Numbered from the whole stretch's first letter, positions 50,270-62,635 are shown. The stretch is 63,299 nt of DNA, filler included, from Craspedostauros australis (GCA_030167865.1; 14 parts of 14 records of this genome joined end to end with filler, not necessarily neighbours in it); one strand, 5' to 3'. Made by a program: numbers and translations. The notes: generated by a model not told the origin, from the sequence alone.

Positions 50270-51369
50270 CGTTAATAATAACTCAATGATTACATTAGAA
50301 ATGTGCCCTGTAAGCTTTACCCTCGCCTCCGCCGGCCCCGTAGGACCGGGTTTCGAGCGAGCCGTCGAACACCTGAATCATGCTAGGCCCAGCCAGTGAC
50401 TCATCAGCCGCCGTTCACTCTGCATGGTGCGTGCCCGTCGCCGGGCAGCCACCCTAGAATGCACCTCCTGCATGTCATGTATCCACTGCCGCATCTGCGA
50501 CTCCGTTCCGTATTCCATTTGATAGCCCTCCCGCAGGAGAACCATCTCTGACTCGTTCATGTCCTGGCTGGCGCTTGCCGCGATCCGCCGCACTTGTCTC
50601 CGCAGCTCTGCCAATGACGGGTGCTGCTCGCCGTCGTGCACCTTCTCGTTGCGCGCCACCCACACGCCCCAGGGAACTTTCCAAACCCACCGGACCACTT
50701 CCTTCGTCCATGCTGCCGCGTCCGGGAAGACGCATTCGTGATGCTCCATCCATTGAGACTGCTGTTTCCGCCAATCCTTATGTAGGAACCCCAGCAACAA
50801 GGGGTACCACCCAATGTCTCCTTGGGTACTCTGCGGCTTCTGGCGTCGCCGCCAGCGGGCCATTCCTACCCTCATTCCTGACACCAGCCTTGGGGCTGAC
50901 CCAATCGTCACCATACGGTCGATAAGTGCTTTGGTCGCAAGGTTCCACGCTGTCTCGTGCTCCTTACAGCGCAGGACGTGCTGTGTCGTCTCCACGGCGC
51001 CACAGAACTGGCAGGTGGAGGACTCTTGCTGGCCCATTTGCTGCATCTTTCGCCCGACACCCACAAAACCGGAGGACCACTTCGTAACGAATTTCGACAT
51101 GGCCTGGTTCTTCCTTGCTGCTCGAGCGCCTTGGTATACGTCCCAGTCAACTTGTCTTGTTGCACCCTTCGTCCACTCGAACTTCTTCTTCCAGTATCGA
51201 AGAGAGTCAGACGCCTGCAGCGTCTTGTAGAGCTCACTTTGACCCACGTGGGAGTAGTGTTGATCGCTGACTGTTAGGGTCCATCGGCCTGTTGCTGACG
51301 ACCACTGCCGTGCTCGTCGTCTAGAGACTGTCGCTCCCCAAAACGCCTTGGCGCGTTTGTCGCATTCCA
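50270..51369 (-). mobile_element. 3' end of a non-LTR retrotransposon (LINE, Ambal-like); ORF ends at 50378
   Basis: ECDKRAKAFW (RNase H end), VDW, CQFC..ETTQHVLRC zinc knuckle, IGW..LLLG, W..RN..H; short 3' UTR ending in TTATTATTAA. Confidence 0.85.
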
Positions 51370-51469
51370 NNNNNNNNNNNNNNNNNNNNNNNNNNNNNNN
51401 NNNNNNNNNNNNNTTAATTAATTAANNNNNNNNNNNNNNNNNNNNNNNNNNNNNNNNNNNNNNNNNNNN

Positions 51470-52481
51470 ACATCCTTTCCACATCATGAGCTGATGGAAG
51501 AGGTCATCCTCTGACATGTTCGGGAGGTAGGAGCCTTTGCCCTCGAAGTTGCCACTGCCCGGATTGGATGACATGAACTGCCTCATGAGATCTTCAGATG
51601 GAGTTCGTCCCGGTGAATCTTCTTCGTATGCAAACTCGATCACAAGCTTGTACAGATCGTCAAGCACCAAGGCATAGGCGTCCATCAATGCAGGCGTGAA
51701 TCTGGTCGCAACAGATCTGAGGATCTCGGCCCCACTGTCACCTGCTTGCCATGCAGTTCCAGTCAATTAACACAAGTATCAGAGTGAGCAATGAGTTAGT
51801 ATGGTATCAATAGCATGCGAACATCGTGCATTGGCAGAAGCAGCATGGACCGGATCTCATCACACATAGTCAATGCCAATGCCATCGAACTTACCAATCA
51901 CCATGAGTGCTCCGCTGACACCGTAGACAAATGCATGATGGAGCAACTGGAGTCTTTCACCTTCCTTGCGGATCAATTCCCGAAAGATGCCGCTCTCTGA
52001 ATCTGCAAAGATATGCAAGTTGGGATCCAGCTGGTATTTTTGTTTCACCGACAATTGATGCTCCTTCTCCTCCTCCTTGGTTGTGCGCGAGGCCCTGGTC
52101 TTCATCTCGACAACAAAGACCTCATCATCTTCATCGTTGGTGCTGTCTCCGACAACCGCGAGAAAGTCAACGGATGATCGAGCATAGGGCTTGTCTCCGC
52201 GATGCACCAACCCTGCTGTGTATGCGGCCTTCACACAGCTAGGATCTTCAGTCAATTTCGATATCTTCTCAGCTTTCTTCATGAGTGGCTGCTCATTGGT
52301 GTGGCCAAGTCTGGTGGCACGTCGCTCCTCACCAGTGAAAGGCTTCATGAACCACGTCTTCAGTGCCTCTTTCACCAAGGCCTCCTTCAGCGCCATCATG
52401 CCTCCGTCCTCTTCGTTATTCCTCACGTCGTTGTTGGCGATGCCTTCAGTATTGCCTTCAACATTGTGTCCGGTGGCAAGC
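51470..52481 (-). CDS. YqaJ / lambda-exonuclease-like PD-(D/E)xK nuclease domain, truncated at both ends; intron 51894-51742
   Basis: TRLGHTNE, GLV..PYARSSVD, VEMKTR, QLLHH motifs; GTAAGT...GCAG intron fuses LMVIG to DSGAEIL in frame. Confidence 0.7.
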
Positions 52482-53368
52482 NNNNNNNNNNNNNNNNNNN
52501 NNNNNNNNNNNNNNNNNNNNNNNNNTTAATTAATTAANNNNNNNNNNNNNNNNNNNNNNNNNNNNNNNNNNNNNNNNNNNNGTGGAATGCACTTCGCTGT
52601 GTCGAGGATGAACGACGGGTTGATGTCGAGCGTGGATGACGAGTCGATGTCGAGCATGGATCCTTTGTTGGCGGAGCGAGTCGCTGGGGCCGAAGTGAGT
52701 GGCGCCGTGTTCGACTCAATCATGCCTTGGACGAATTGCTCAATCTCNNNNNNNNNNNNNNNNNNNNNNNNNNNNNNNNNNNNNNNNNNNNNNNNNNNNN
52801 NNNNNNNNNNNNNNNNNNNNNNNNNNNNNNNNNNNNNNNNNNNNNNNNNNNNNNNNNNNNNNNNNCTTTGGACGAACGCTTCTGCGCTGTACGCAGATTT
52901 GGGTGGAAGGTACCCTTGGTTCATCAAATGTTCGGGGTCTTGGTAGTACCATGGCCCTGATTTGGCCTTTGACATGAAGTCGAGAGCGTCGAAGTGGGGT
53001 TCCATCGTGCCAGTACTGATGAAGGTACTCAGCTTCTCCACGAATTGCTCGACGGCGTGGTCAGTGGCCAGTTGGAGGAAATCTTCGTTGAGAAAGACGC
53101 TGTTGAGGTCTTTCTCGAAATGGTCCTCCATGTCCGAGTGAAAGTTGTTGTACGTTTCCTGAAATGGAGTCGCTCCTTCCTCGGTCATGTTGTCGGGGTC
53201 CGGTTGCCACCAGTCAGCCATGTTGATGCTTGCTTCTTCTACTTCAGCCGCCTTTGGAGTGAACGTTGGAAGGACGACGTTGGTTGGCTGTGGATTCAAG
53301 GTGTTGAATCGACCTCGGAGTCTGCGCAACAAGTAGTGAGCGTCCACCTTGAATTGGTGTAGATCNNN

Positions 53369-54745
53369 GGAGAGAGAGTCGCTACCTTTGCGTTGGAGAG
53401 GTTCGATTGTATGTAAGCAATCGACGATAGCTTGTGAGAATGTGATGATCGATGAGGAGTCGGGGTGCAGTTCCCTGGGTGTTGCGGCCTGTTCAATTTC
53501 TTCCAAGGTAGCTACTGCAGGGCAGAAGTAGTAATCATCGGTGTCTTCGTCGTCCAGCCAGGCTGCTTTGCCTCCCATACGTGCGTACGTGAATCGCTTT
53601 GGTTGTTTGCGAGTTCTCGTGCTTCGAGGTCTTTCTGGCGTTGGCTCAGACTTAGGTGTCATGGGTGGCGTGGAGCTCGTCTGAATTGGTGTCGGAGCTG
53701 GAAGTGGTAATGGAGTCGCTGGTTCTAGTGTTGGTGATTCTCGGAGAGGTGAACTCAATTGCGGTTGAAGTGTTCGCTGATCCGGTGACTCTATAGTAGA
53801 GTCAGGTACCGGGGACTCATCGGGAGCTCCCTCTGTCGAAGACATTTGCCTGTTGGCTCCCTCTGAAACTGGCATCGGAGGGGGGAGAGCTTCACTCATG
53901 AGATCGGGGATCTGTTGCGTCATTGGTTGCGACTCTTTCGCCAATACCTGTGGCGTTCTTTCACGGATGGTTTGTTGGTTTCGAGTATCAATTCTCGGTG
54001 GTGGAGTGTTATCGTCGTTGCGTTGTAACCGGCTGTGGTCTTGCGTGTCTGATGCGAAGATGTCATCCTGCTCCATTGATTCCACATCGTCGTCATCGAA
54101 TGGATATTGGAAGGTGGTGTCACCAAACATGCGAGTCCATTCTTCCGATTGATAGCTTGGAAGTTGCTTCAAGTCGGTAGCAATCGTTGCGAACCAGTCA
54201 TCGAACACGACGTGGAACTGAGGGGTGATTGAACCTGTCCGTGGTAATAGGACTAGAGGTACGGTTGAAGCATGCTTCGTAGAGAGACCCATGTTCACGT
54301 ATCTCTCTCCTCTTGGCTCCCATCGGGGTATCTTGCGTCCATCGGCCAGTGCTTTGTTAAGGACATAGACTGGACTGCCCCACACGTGCAGGTTATGAAG
54401 TTGCTTGAGGGGAAGACGGATGCGTGACAGAACATCGTAAGGTGTGAGGCCGGTGGTAGGGTTAGGCACGCGATTGTAGATGTACGCGGCGTGTACGACG
54501 GCCATTGGCCACAGTTGAGCATCAAACATCGTTGGCCAGTGGATGCTTTGATGCATCATCATGGTTCGNGCCATTGAGACAATTGTTCGAATGCTTCGCT
54601 CGGCGATTCCATTGTGGTGATGTGCGCCGACACCTGCGAATCGATGGACTTGATGGAATATTTCAAGGTGTTTGGAGTATTCGGGTGAGGTGAAGGTGGT
54701 GGCGTTATCTGATAGATACGATCGTACGGGGACTCCAACATCACG
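53369..54745 (-). mobile_element. Ty1/copia (diatom CoDi-like) pol fragment: integrase core and C-terminal linker
   Basis: YLSDN...HHHNGIAE gives D-x35-E; LWPMAV, HVWGSPVYVL, KIPRWEPR, PQFHVVFDDWF. Confidence 0.92.
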
Positions 54746-54847
54746 ANNNNNNNNNNNNNNNNNNNNNNNNNNNNNNNNNNNNNNNNNNNNTTAATTAATT
54801 AANNNNNNNNNNNNNNNNNNNNNNNNNNNNNNNNNNNNNNNNNNNNT

Positions 54848-55956
54848 TTAATCTTCTTTGTCTTCCGCTTGTGCTGAGACGATGACCTGTCGTGTTGTGG
54901 ATTGGTGTTAGTGCTGTTGATGCTGTTGGAACCACGAGAATGAGGACTCGGACGATGATCTGGAAGAGAAGGAGCGCGGCGAGTTCCCCCAGCACTGATA
55001 TCATTGGACGATGTGACTTCGTCCGCAACCACAATATCGCCAGCGATATCATCATCATTGGTCGCACTATGGCTGTGAGCGGATCCTGTCTCATTGCTAG
55101 TTGACTGGGTTCTCCGCTTCCGCTTCTTTGATCGGATGCGGATCCTCGTATGGCGAAACCCGAGATGTTTCTGTTCCTTTTCATCGTCTCCGCGGTCACG
55201 ATCGATAGCGCCATCGTTCTCGTCACGACCGTTGTTGCCGTCACTTTCGCATACGGACTTGTTGCCGTCATCATTTGGTAGAATGGGGGTGCTCCCGCCA
55301 TCTTGTTCTTTTTCATCGTCGCTCCCATTGCCGCTCTCATCTTCGGTTTCGTCTTCACTCTCCTGGTCACTGTCGTCGGAGCATTGATCGTCGTGACAGC
55401 CGGGTGCACTTGTGGGGAACTCCATGTCGGTCTTTGCGGAGGTGAGTGAAGGTCTCGGTGATGGTCGCGGGCTGGATTCGGGAGAGATAGTGGCTTGTGA
55501 CGATCTCTCCGCAAGCTGGGGAGCATCTTTCAGCACCTTCCAACAAGTCGCGAGTATCTCGACGCTGAGAGAACAGTTTTCGCCTTCCGTCTTGTGTGAC
55601 TGGTACCAATCTGCAATCCATCGCACTTCGGCTTCTTCCGACATGTGCGGAGTCGATGGGCGATGTTCTCGAAGTTGGAGGACAGGGCGCCGGATTCTGT
55701 TGAAGAAGGCTCCGAGACTGTATTGATTTGAGTGGGGGGATACGCGGACATTCGATGCCGCTTCATCATTGTTGCTGTCGCCTCCGCTTGCGAGCTTTCC
55801 ATCCAATTCTTGATTGTATTGGTCGATGCTCTGGTTGAACATCTTCAGGATGAGAGGCCAAGGTCGTTCCCCACGCTTGAGTGGTTTCTTATTTACTTCC
55901 AAAAAGGCGAGGCAAAGAAACCGCGCTTTCGTTGGAGTCCAGCCAAGAGGCGGCAT
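54848..55956 (-). CDS. Myb/SANT-like plus NAM-associated-like protein, paralogue 1 (3'-truncated)
   Basis: WTPTKARFLCLAFLEV..W..I..F and CWKVLKDAP; homologous to the two neighbouring copies. Confidence 0.6.
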
Positions 55957-56779
55957 CGTGAAGGAGTGGATTTGTACTGTTTGAGTGTCTCCTTTGATGG
56001 CATGCGTTGTTCTATGTTCGACGATGGCGCTGGCTCTTGTTTCGTGGGTGCGCAGTTGCGAGCGATGAAGACGAAACAGAAGAAAACAAGTTTGAACGTC
56101 AGTCTTCTGCGCAGGTGAAGTTGGAAGATCAACGCGGCGATTGGTATGTGGTGCCTCTCTGTTGCTTCTTCTGCCGCTGTTGCCGTTATGATTGACGATG
56201 GACGTCGAGCATCCGTCTTGAAGTGACTTGGTGCCGATGTGCGTGGCACTTCTCATTGATGGAGATTTGAATCCGCATTGGTTTCTGATGATTTGATGCG
56301 GATCAATTTCGCGAACTTGGCTCCTTCGTGCGTACACGCGCATTGTGTGGACGGAAAAGGAGGCTCGACTCAACGGACCAAAACTGCGTTGAGAGCGGCC
56401 AAGGTTTCTGTTTCGTTGTTCGTCGTTCCAATTGCGCCATTCACTCGCACCATCCTATGGCGTGTACGTGTATTCTGCGATCTGCGTTTGTGGAGAGGGT
56501 GGTATCTACCTGCTCCGACTGTCGCAAACTCGACAAGCATTCACAAAACACCATTCGTAAGTTAGTGCACGATCATATCCAGAAGTCTCAACAGGAGAGA
56601 GAAGGTCGCATGTCCGTGCAAACTGAGATCTGTTCTATTGTATTATATTCTTCGGAATGTCCACCCCACCTGAAAGTGGCACCACCGGTCGGATCCTGCA
56701 AACACACCCCTTCTCCGATTTCCCCATTGCTCCATCTCTCCATCTATCCACGCATGTGAAAGTTGGACACCCAATGCCT

Positions 56780-57352
56780 TCATTCCGAGCGATTGCAATG
56801 TGCTTCCTCCATTTCTTTCTTGGCCTCAGCAACCTGAAGCTTCAGATTGAGTTCCTGAAGGCGCAGATCGTAGTAGTTGCGCTTGAGTTTGGCAAGCCGG
56901 AGTTCCTCCCGAATCATGTCCATCTCCTCGCTGCCTTGGGGTGATGTGCTTCTTGCGGAGTTTCGGTATTCTGCTCGCGTGATTTGCGTGGTTTCTGAAC
57001 GCACCTGCGGTGTGCCGTCTGTGTTGTCACGACGGCGTCCGCGATGCTGGCGACGACGATTCCTGGCTGTTGTGGCAACGTTATTGTCGTCTCCGGCCGC
57101 TTCGCTGTTTTCCACATGGGCGCTATCATCCGTGTTGCCGTCCTCCTCATCGCCTTTGAAGACGATACGCGTGCTCCTGTCAGCATCTGCGGATACGCCA
57201 CGACGCTTGCGTTTGCGTGATGGGGCATAGGCAGTCGTCGCCCGTTGGTCATTGGATCCCTGCATCTGGGTGGCGCTGTCGCTGTCGTTGTCGTTGTCGC
57301 TGCTGCTCTCCATGTTGTCGTAGCTGGTGACAGTGGCAGGCGCGTACTCGTT

Positions 57353-57409
<57 letters not shown>

Positions 57410-58084
57410 TAGATTGTGTTGATCGTCCCCGCTCGTTCTGACGGAATTGTCTCCGTCTTCGCTTGCATCATCGCCGTCAGTCTCACCATGAGGCGATGGG
57501 CCTTGATGGTTGCAACGATTGCGAGCGCGGACTGATGCTGCGACTGATTTGCGTGCGAGGAGGCGAAAAGGTCGAAGTGTGAGTTGTGGACTGGACTGAG
57601 CAGAGCCAGAGGCAGGTGAGGAGGCATTTGCAATTTGTGGCGCGTCCTTCAGGAGTCTCCAGCACTCCACGAGGGCGTGGACGTTGAGACGAGTGTGGCT
57701 TATTCCTTCGTAGTACGACTTGCGCCAATTTGCGACCCATTCAAATTCAGCTTCCGGTGAAGTGTGAGGTGTTGGCGGAAGAATCTTTCGAAGTTGCAGA
57801 ATGGAACGCCGGAAGGCGCCGAAGATGCGGCTGAGATTATCTGCAGAAGCCGGGCCTGCGAGGTCATCGGAATCATCGCCGAAGTCGCAGTCGTTTCTGT
57901 CGCCGTATCCTCTGTTCGATCTCTTTATTGCCATCCTTTCGTTGTACTGCGCGATGCGGCGCTTGAAATTCTCAAAAACGAGAGGCCAAGTTCCGTTTTT
58001 GCATTTGCCTGGTCCCTTCTTGATTTCCAGGAAGGCGAGGCAAAGCATCCTCGTTTTCGCTGGAGTCCAGGAAGGTTGCGGCAT
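56780..58084 (-). CDS. Myb/SANT-like plus NAM-associated-like protein, paralogue 2
   Basis: WTPAKTRMLCLAFLEI..W..F, CWRLLKDAP, poly-Asp tract, RKRKRR NLS-like motif, C-terminal coiled coil. Confidence 0.65.
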
Positions 58085-58412
58085 TTTAGAGAAGAAGTGA
58101 GAATGTGCTGCGTGAGTATCGGCGGTGACGATATTCCATGGGCTGTCCTTGGACTCTTCGCTCAAAATTTGATGGAGTGTCTGTTGTTGTGTGGGATTTG
58201 GTGACACCGGATTGTGTTGTGGTTGGAGTTGATGGGCGACTTTGTGGAAACAGGATCCGTGGATCTTCCAGTGATGCCAAAAGATACGATTGCACTCGGT
58301 TGAGTCAATCGCAGTGATTTGGATGGTGATTGTTGGAGAAGATGCTCAAATTGTGAGGACAGATGGCGCGAAACCAAAGAAACCAGGAAATGCCAGTGAT
58401 GTCATTCGTCGT

Positions 58413-59590
58413 TGTAACACTACAGCTGGTAGCCACCACCAACATCAAGCAAGGAAACACAAGCAAACAACAACAAACTGGACATCAGCAGCAACCAGCC
58501 ATAAATCCAGTTTAAAATATCTGATTACACCACAACAACATTCCCATTGCTCTTCATCTGGTTTGCCCTTTGGTTCACTGCCAGGTAGAGGCCAGTGCAG
58601 GAGCCATTGCTTCAACATTTTTAAACTGGATACTGCTTCATCTTAACGATGAGCGCTGACGTCAAGACCAAGCCAACCAAGCCAAAAGGCGAAGGTGGCA
58701 AAGGCAACAACAACAGGGGCCGCTCCCCATTTGTCAAGACACCCAAATTCGAGGGTGCATGCCCCAAGCTCAAAGGGACAATCTTTAACTGCTCAACCTC
58801 TTGAACCAAGCAAGCAGAGGACTTGAAGCAGACCATTGATGCCATCCAAGTCTTTTCTGGCACCACATGCAGACCCAAAGTGGCTCATGCCATTGAGGCC
58901 CTCAAAGCACCAACCATCACAGAGCCTGAACATGATGCTGCAACTGCCTCCACCATCCAAAGAGAGAAATGGAAGAAACAGTACAGCAAGTACAAGGACC
59001 AAAAGGAGAGACTCAAGGATGATATGCAGAAGCTGTACTCAGTCATCTGGGACCAGCGCACAGGTGCAATGCATGCCAGCCTGCATCAGCACAAAAATTA
59101 CACAGTGGCCAAGTGTGACATGGACTTGATTCAGCTAATCAAACTGATCAAGAACATCATGTTCAGCTACAACACACACAAGCACCCCATCCTCACCTCA
59201 CACGAAATGCAAAAGGTGTTCCTCAACACCTGACAAGGCAAGCAACAGAGTGTCCAAGACTACTACAAGGCTTTCACAGCCATTGCTGATGTCAACAACA
59301 TGTTTGAAACCGGAGTCACTGAGAACTGCGATGTCATTCGATGGGTGATGAAGCTCACTGACACAGCACCTGTGGGCGCAGCACGCCTCAAGGAAATCAC
59401 AGCCAACGCAAAGGGACAATACCTGGCCACGGCATTCGTTCTCGGAGCAGAAGTCACATAGTTTGGAGGGTTGCTCGAGCACCTCCACAACGAATATCTC
59501 GTTGGAAAGGACAGCTACCCCACTGACATGGAAACGGCGCTGACATTTCTCAATCACTGGTCACATGACCCAAGGAACGTGGCTGGCTCT
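58413..59590 (+). mobile_element. Degenerate Ty1/copia 5' fragment: possible short LTR (58413-58556) and gag pseudogene from 58649
   Basis: KFEGACPKLKG.IF, LYSVIWDQ, DLIQLIKLIK, QG..QSVQDYY, YLATAF, L.NEYL.G.D.YP motifs in one frame with three stops; the LTR call rests only on TG...CA followed by TCTGG. Confidence 0.8.
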
Positions 59591-59783
59591 TGCACACATG
59601 TCCGTGCAACCTGTGATCTGTTCTATGGTATTATTATTCTTCGGAACGTCCACCCCACCTGAAAGTGGCACCACCGATCGGATCCTGCATACACACCCCT
59701 TCTCCGATTTCCCCATTGCTCCATCTCTCCATCCATCCACGCATGTGAAAGTTGGACACCCAATTCCTTCATTCCGAGCGATT

Positions 59784-60767
59784 TCAATGTGCTTCCTCCA
59801 TTTCTTTCTTCGCCTCAGCAACCTGAAGCTTCAGATTGAGTTCCTGAAGGCGCAGATCATGGTAGTTGCGCTTGAGTTTGGCAAGCCGGAGTTCCTCGCG
59901 AATCATGTCCATCTCCTCGCTGCATTGGAGTGATGTGCTTCTTGCGGAGTTTCGGTCTTCTGTTCGTGTGACTTGCGTGGTTTCTGAACGTACCTGCGGC
60001 GTGCCGTCTGTGTTGTCACGACGGCTTCCGCGATGCTGGCGACGACGACTGGCTGTTCTGGCAACACCATTGTCGTCTCCAGCCGCTTCGCCGTTTTCCA
60101 CATGGGCACTATCATCCGTGTTGCCGTCCTCTTCATCGCCTTTGAAGACGATACGCGTGCTCCTGTCAGCATCTGCGGATACGCCACGACGCTTGCGTTT
60201 GCGTGATGGGGCATAGGCAGTCGTCGCCTGTTGGTCATTGGATCCCCGCATCTGGGTGGCGCTGTCGTTGTCGTTGTCGCTGCTGCTCTCCGTGTTGTCG
60301 TAGCTGGTGACAGTGGCAGGCGCGTACTCGTTGTCATCGTCGTCGTCGTTGTCGTCATCGTCTAGATTGTGTTGATTGTCCCCGCTCGTTCTGACGGAAT
60401 TGTCTCCGTCTTCGCTTGCATCATCGCCGCCAGTCTCACCATGAGGCGATGGACCTTGATGGTTGCAACGGTTGCGAGCGCGGACTGATGCCGCGACTGA
60501 TTTGCGTGCGAGGAGGCGAAAAGGTCGAAGTGTGGGTTGTGGATAGGACTGAGCAGAGACAGAGGCAGGTGAGGAAGCATCTGCAATTTGTGGCGCGTCC
60601 TTCAGGAGTCTCCAGCACTCCACGAGGGCGTGAACGTTGAGACGAGAGTGTCTGAATCTCTTGTCGCACGATTCGCGCCAATCTGCGATCCATTCAAATT
60701 CAGCTTCCGGTGAAGTGTGAGGTGTTGGCGGAAGAATCTTTCGAAGTTGCAGAGTGGAACGCCGGAG
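59784..60767 (-). CDS. Paralogue 3 (recent duplicate of paralogue 2), 5'-truncated
   Basis: Near-identical to 56780-57810 including 3' flank; stop five codons earlier (TGC vs TGA). Confidence 0.65.
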   Translation of the reverse strand, partial: LRRSTLQLRKILPPTPHTSPEAEFEWIADWRESCDKRFRHSRLNVHALVECWRLLKDAPQIADASSPASVSAQSYPQPTLRPFRLLARKSVAASVRARNRCNHQGPSPHGETGGDDASEDGDNSVRTSGDNQHNLDDDDNDDDDDNEYAPATVTSYDNTESSSDNDNDSATQMRGSNDQQATTAYAPSRKRKRRGVSADADRSTRIVFKGDEEDGNTDDSAHVENGEAAGDDNGVARTASRRRQHRGSRRDNTDGTPQVRSETTQVTRTEDRNSARSTSLQCSEEMDMIREELRLAKLKRNYHDLRLQELNLKLQVAEAKKEMEEAH

Positions 60768-62136
60768 GNNNNNNNNNNNNNNNNNNNNNNNNNNNNNNNN
60801 NNNNNNNNNNNNTTAATTAATTAANNNNNNNNNNNNNNNNNNNNNNNNNNNNNNNNNNNNNNNNNNNNGTGAACCACACAACAGCCATTGCATCAGTGGT
60901 TGGGGGAATGTCACTGTGACCGCCACGGCGCCATCACCTACGGAAGCGGAGTTGTCTGCGTAAACAGGTGGCAACAACACATGCGAACGGACCATCTTGT
61001 GCGACTGAGGACTGCAAAACACACAACAGTGGTTGCGAAGGAACCAGCCCGCTGTCGTGTTCATCGCGGTGTCTCGTAAGATGACTGTTGTCCTACTGTT
61101 TCACCAGAATACGAATGGTCGTGTCTAGAGTACAGCGTTGTTAGAGAGGAGTGCTGCTCGTGGTCATTCGCAGCCGTACCGCAAATGTAGTTGCCTGGTG
61201 ATACATCTGTCTGGTAGTCGATGTTGCTTGTGATGTTGCGGATAATAGATCTTGCGCGCATCCCCCTTTCTGGTGTTGGCTTGATAGCGCCCAGTACACA
61301 GACACGTGCGCAGTTCCGCTCTTGTTGGGCTGCCCCCGTTCCGCGCCCAAATGACATGCGCAAATCGTGATCGCCCACCACTGCAGACCTATGACTATTG
61401 ACAGAAAACAATGCAAACTACCTGATCGTAAAGATAAAGTACTTTTTCTTCTGTTGGTTTGCCATGACTGCCATCGAATGTCAAACCGCAAGAGAATGCC
61501 AGTTTCCGCTCAACCTTGTGTGTGGCGAATCCTCCGCTGCGGTGATGGCGAGATGTGAATGATTAATTGTTGTCCTTCTTTGGTGTGGAACAGAACGGAC
61601 ATGTCTCACGCAAGAACAACTCGTTTGCTACCACGAGGATGATGAACATCGTTGCTTCGTTGATGTTGTGTATGCCTGCATGTTTCCGCACAAGACAGAC
61701 ACATGTGCGCTGTTGTGACAAACAGTCATGTCGCGATGAAGTCCAGTTGACATCGTACGACGTTGGTCGGACCAGCATGCACAGCAAGCTGATCAACATC
61801 CGACGTCAGTATGCAATCAGCCGACAAACATCATACATCAGTATGATGTATGTCTGACATGTTACAACCGTTATTGACATTTTTGCGAGAAGTAAGGCTA
61901 ATCACGCAAATTTAGACACCCTCTGTAGAGATAATTATAATATTAATGGCAACAAAAGCGCCATTACGTGATAGGGGAGGCCTTCCTTGGTTATTCTATG
62001 TGTCTAGTTGCAAACTAATCATACTCAGTGACTGCANNNNNNNNNNNNNNNNNNNNNNNNNNNNNNNNNNNNNNNNNNNNTTAATTAATTAANNNNNNNN
62101 NNNNNNNNNNNNNNNNNNNNNNNNNNNNNNNNNNNN

Positions 62137-62635
62137 TTAACAATAGTTCATTTGATGTTGACAGATAGTTCATTTGCCATTGACGATGTTCATCTGCCAT
62201 TGACGATGTTCATCTCACATTAACGATGTTCATCTCACATTGACAATGTTCATCTCACATTAACATGGTTGCACGTGTTATCCCATGTTGTTTGTGTTGT
62301 ACTCAGGCATCACTATCTCCATCACCAAGTTGATTCAGAGTGTGGTTCTTAATGTCACACATGTGTATGGTCATGGTGAACATGTGTGTGTGCTTACATG
62401 TACATGACACTGTGTATTGCAAGTACTGGTTGATGTTGAGTACTTTGATCATCAATATCTCACCTTGTAGAGGTCCGTTGAAGATGCTAGACAAGTTGAC
62501 GTGTAGGTATGTACACGCTGCGTGTGTCTGTACACATAGATGAACATGAACATGTGTACATCATGGTGTAGTGTGCTGTACATGTTTAACACGGTGTATC
62601 GCGTGGCTCGTAGTATCTCGTGTTGTTTGGGAGTT
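62137..62635 (-). repeat. Reverse-complement copy of the repeat at ~39175-39625
   Basis: Shared CACGCGATACACCGTGTTAAACATGTACAGCA and GATGATCAAAGTACTCAACATCAACCAGTACTTGCAATACACAGTGTC. Confidence 0.9.

Noticed and set aside
50330..50420. Hammerhead ribozyme on the minus strand (CTGATGAG...CGAAAC plus hairpin)
   Set aside because: No UH cleavage site after stem III, stems I and II do not pair, and CTGATGA is LINE coding sequence
49672..54746. A composite LINE + nuclease + integrase system
   Set aside because: The parts lie on three contigs separated by artificial linkers
58649..59590. Selenocysteine or readthrough recoding of gag stops
   Set aside because: Mixed TGA and TAG stops in a decayed, truncated element are better explained by mutation
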